A stretch of DNA of 64,000 bases. It comes from Trichoplax sp. H2. Its lineage: Eukaryota. The number at the start of each line of letters is the position of its first letter. The first letter of the stretch is position 1. This document shows positions 60,525 to 64,000 of this stretch, piece by piece. Position numbers and translations under genes: made by a program. The stretch covers positions 1,426,001 to 1,490,000 of the forward strand of contig NOWV01000001.1 of NCBI GenBank assembly GCA_003344405.1. Reading direction: 5' to 3'. The notes under the pieces are model-generated. The model made no database searches. It worked only from the letters and a program-made list of their open reading frames with translations, and had not been told where the DNA came from.

Positions 60525-61364
60525 ATGCGAATCAAAAATAAGCCAATAACGAGATGTAATGGCGATGAAAAACTTCGGCCGAAAGTAAAGACACTTTTTG
60601 ATAAAGGTCGACTCTGGATAGCTTGTTTATTAGTTTATGGCTTTTTTAAAATGATGTACATGATTATTATGTCTAAGATTTGGTATCCAAGAGCTTTCTG
60701 CAGAGCCGCAAAATTAATGGATAAAGTTGTTGAAGATGCTCGCCAACGATCTAAATTATCAAAATGGCAGGTGATGACAAGGAACTTTTTCAATAAACAA
60801 AATTTACTATCATTAGCTACAGATCCTGATCAAGTTGCCATCTTTGGCCGACTATCAGTTGGCGATTTAGCACCACCTGGTGTCTTATATACATTAGATA
60901 AAGAAGTATACAATTTTCATCAGATATTTCAACAATCGCCTATGAATATCTTTGTCTTAAATTTCGGTTCTTACAGTTGACCACCGTTTCGTTTTAATAT
61001 CGATAAATTTGCTCAATATGCTCATTGGTACGGTCAAAAAGCTGAATTTATTACTATTTATATCGCCGAAGCGCATACTACTGATGACTGGTATATACCT
61101 GATTTGAATGATGGAGCTGGATTATGCTTTCATGCGCCAGATACGTTAGACGATAAAATACGATTAGCCAACAATTTTAGAAATGATTTCTGTTACAAGT
61201 TACCTTTTTATGTCGATTCAATGCAGAATGATTCGATGAGAGCTTATTCAGCCAAACCAGAGCGGATATATATTGTTAAGGACGGCAGGATTGCCTTCAA
61301 AGGTGGTCCAGGTCCATTTAGTTATGCACTTGATGAAATAGATGATGCTTTACGCAAGCTTTAA
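60525..61364 (+). CDS. DIO: Iodothyronine deiodinase-family selenoprotein (~279 aa, Sec at TGA 60978-60980), coding region uninterrupted by introns
   Basis: ORFs 60501-60980 and 61104-61364 share one frame. Reading through TGA gives VLNFGSYS-U-PPFRFNIDKF...FITIYIAEAHTTDDW...YVDSMQND...YSAKPERIYIVKDGRIAFKGGPGPFSY, which are deiodinase motifs. An N-terminal hydrophobic anchor LWIACLLVYGFFKMMYMIIM is present. Confidence 0.95.
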
Positions 61365-61386
61365 ATATCGTATACTTAATCTTACT

Positions 61387-61468
61387 CTATTTCCATAATA
61401 TGAAGCTACTAGCTCGAAGCTAAAATTGTTCTTAGAGAGCGCTAGCGGATGTTGAAATATGGAAATAG
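61387..61468 (+). promoter_or_regulatory. SECIS element (type II) in the deiodinase 3' UTR
   Basis: Helix I CTATTTCCATA (61387-97) pairs with TATGGAAATAG (61458-68). Core ATGAA (61400-04) faces GGAT (61447-50). Helix II GCTACTAGCTC (61405-15) pairs with GAGCGCTAGC (61437-46). Unpaired AA at 61417-18 and apical mini-stem CTAA/TTAG. Confidence 0.92.
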
Positions 61469-64000
61469 TGAAGAATTCGATCTAATTTGTCGGAACTACC
61501 AATTCTATAATGTCAAGAAAGTCTTGTTTAAGAGTATAGGCATAGATGATACATATATGTAGTGCATTATGAATTACAATTATTATCGCAATCACTTATT
61601 AGCTGCTTGACACATTCAAAAAAATTTTCTTTTAATAGGGGCACTATCAACATTAACTGTAGATTAACAACTTAACAGCTAGCTATGAAATCTAATTCGA
61701 AAGCAAATTAAATACCAAACTCGTTTTAGGTACTTTAGGTGCTTAGTGTGACTCTATTATGCGACTGCTTATATTTATGCCACGGTATACCCTTATAGTA
61801 AATTTCTATTAGCTATCACGTACCAAAATTGAACCTAGTATCTTCAGTATAGAAAGACACTATACGTAGAAACGTTAGATCATGTAATCGGTTAATTTTA
61901 TGAGAATCTTTTCGAAAATATAAGTAATAAGCAATTTGTATTATTACAGCTGCCCCACTTTGATGTTATGTACTGTGTTAATATTCACGTATTATCAACA
62001 GATAGTTGAGAATTGATGTGTTGATGATTGAAATTTTCTCGTGTTATGAATATTGATAATAAATTTTAACTATTTCTCTGTCAATATTGTGCTTAAAACA
62101 GTCTAATTGATGAGTATTGTATTTGTCATTTATTAATAATGCTGCTTTGTTATTTTGGATTACTTTATACTTGAGAAGTGATGTTTAATTTAAAATACTT
62201 TTCTATGGATAGTTTAACGTGAGTATGTGCATGTACAGTAATGAGTCTTAAATCAACAACTAGGCTACATGTTTGTTTTTGTAGCATTTTAGAACGAATG
62301 CAAGAGAATCACGACTGTAAATGGCATCTGCTAATTTTCATGATACCATTCCCATCATTCATTTTTTTAGGAATGTATTAATCACCAGATAACCTTTGTA
62401 CAATCTAAATTGGATGTAATGAATATAATTAGGCTATCGTAGGTATACTTAGAGTGGTAATTAATGGAAAGTCAGCTAAATAATAATGATTATTCAGGAT
62501 TTCTGTAATTGCGATTAAGATACCATTTTAATATCCTTTAAGGTGACCTCAGTTGTTATAGTTTTCATAATCTAACCATTTAATTATACGCTAAATTGCT
62601 TTAGCTTACTTTGATAATATTATCATCTTGACGTATATACAGTTGGATACCTTTATAAAATAGGATTCAGCATTTGCTTATTAAATTATTACTAGATATA
62701 TTCTTTAAAATTTTCGAAGGCAGATTATAACCTAGAAATAAGCTGTTTTCAACTCAGTCAGTCATTCATCCTCAGAATATGTTAATGAGTATCGTATCAT
62801 GTGAACTTGATTACTTTATGAAATGGGTTATATATGATTATTTAGATAATAATTGCGATAATAGGTTATGTGGAGCTACAAGATTTTAGTAGATATTTCT
62901 GTTAAATTTAAATTATATCGTTCCACCTATACATTTCTAAATGGGGATCATTGATGCACAAGTATTACAGTAGTATACTACATATAAAGAGAAGGTATGA
63001 AGTTAAAATCGCACAGTAGCTGGATTTGAATAATCATTACTATCGATTATATCATCTAACCAAGCCTGCTACTACTGTAGCTTAAGCGCTACGGTAGGTT
63101 AGGCCGCTTGCCTATGGTAATTATGTACATAGAACTGGTCATCTAATGATTATTTATCGTTAAGTTTCCTTTATTTTCACATCTTCCTAACGCTGGACTA
63201 TAATACATTTCTGGAGATGGTATAAAACGAATATGTATATACTCATATATATATATAACTGATTGAATTAATATTTATGTTTATCAGTGAATAGCTTTTA
63301 CTATAACAATCTATTGCTCTATCTCAGTTGAGAGCTATACGAAAGCTTGGATTTGGTTTATACTTTAGTCTACTACTGTCTTGCTCGTATCCTTTAAAAA
63401 GATAAATCCGTTTAGTAGTTATGATGCATTAGCAAGATTTTGACTTTTTTTATAGAGTAGTCCCTGATATGATACAGGCGTATACAGTACAGTGTAAACA
63501 TATGCATAACACTACAGTACTAATTTCCTCGCAATTTTGCATATTTATTTTTATTTTATACCACTCTAACTTGATTTTCTCAAGTACTGTAGTGCATAAC
63601 TTATTACAATGTTGCTTCGCTGCTAATAAATACTGTAGTATTTATGAAATTTTACGAATAGTAGTGTGTCCTAATTTTAATTATAGCTGGATTTTTTTAG
63701 GATTCTAATTTTGTAATCAAAACCAAGCCATTATATGTAAATGCAAATCAAAAATTATAGGAAATTACTTTTTCAAGGTAACTTTATTTGCTATTCATTT
63801 TTAAAGATTAGGTTGAATTTACAACATGGTCGTGGTATGGCTAAAACATAACATAAATAGTTTAAGAACTTTATTGAATGTATTTTAATTATGATAACTA
63901 TCCGTAGTTGTATTTAATCATTAAACTACACACTGTACGCTAACATGATGAGATAGTCAGGTATACACGATTACTAGACTATCCGTTACTACAATCCAAT

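Noticed and set aside
60978-60980. In-frame TGA read as a nonsense mutation (deiodinase pseudogene or two separate genes)
   Set aside because: It falls exactly at the catalytic Sec position, the downstream frame is conserved, and a SECIS follows.
61500-64000. Possible gene or RNA gene in the terminal AT-rich region
   Set aside because: No recognisable exon, tRNA or rRNA pattern was seen by eye.

Overview
Eukaryotic, AT-rich, intron-dense animal genomic DNA. The compact genes and short introns suggest an early-branching metazoan such as a placozoan, but this is an inference from sequence style only. Nine protein-coding genes can be reconstructed: STT3A (+, 5' exon not found in the window), SLC12A8 (-), an MS4A/CD20-like tetraspan protein (-), an IRS-type insulin-receptor substrate (-), SLC22A18-like MFS transporter (-), MICOS MIC26/MIC27 (ApoO family, +), RDM1 (-), TM9SF1 (+) and an iodothyronine deiodinase-family selenoprotein (+). 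The ORF track splits the deiodinase at an in-frame UGA, but a canonical SECIS hairpin lies just past the stop codon and the active site is the unusual FGSYSUPPF. Other notable items are a U12-type intron in STT3A, a tandemly expanded array of about 12 YxxM phosphotyrosine motifs in the IRS, and a minisatellite that multiplies a splice acceptor of the MS4A-like gene. There are also GTAC/pentamer-periodic tracts upstream of several gene starts, a 228-bp foldback MITE-like element, and an apparently missing conserved TM9SF1 exon. Exon coordinates were read by eye and may be off by a few bases. Four 20-N gaps sit in repeat regions.
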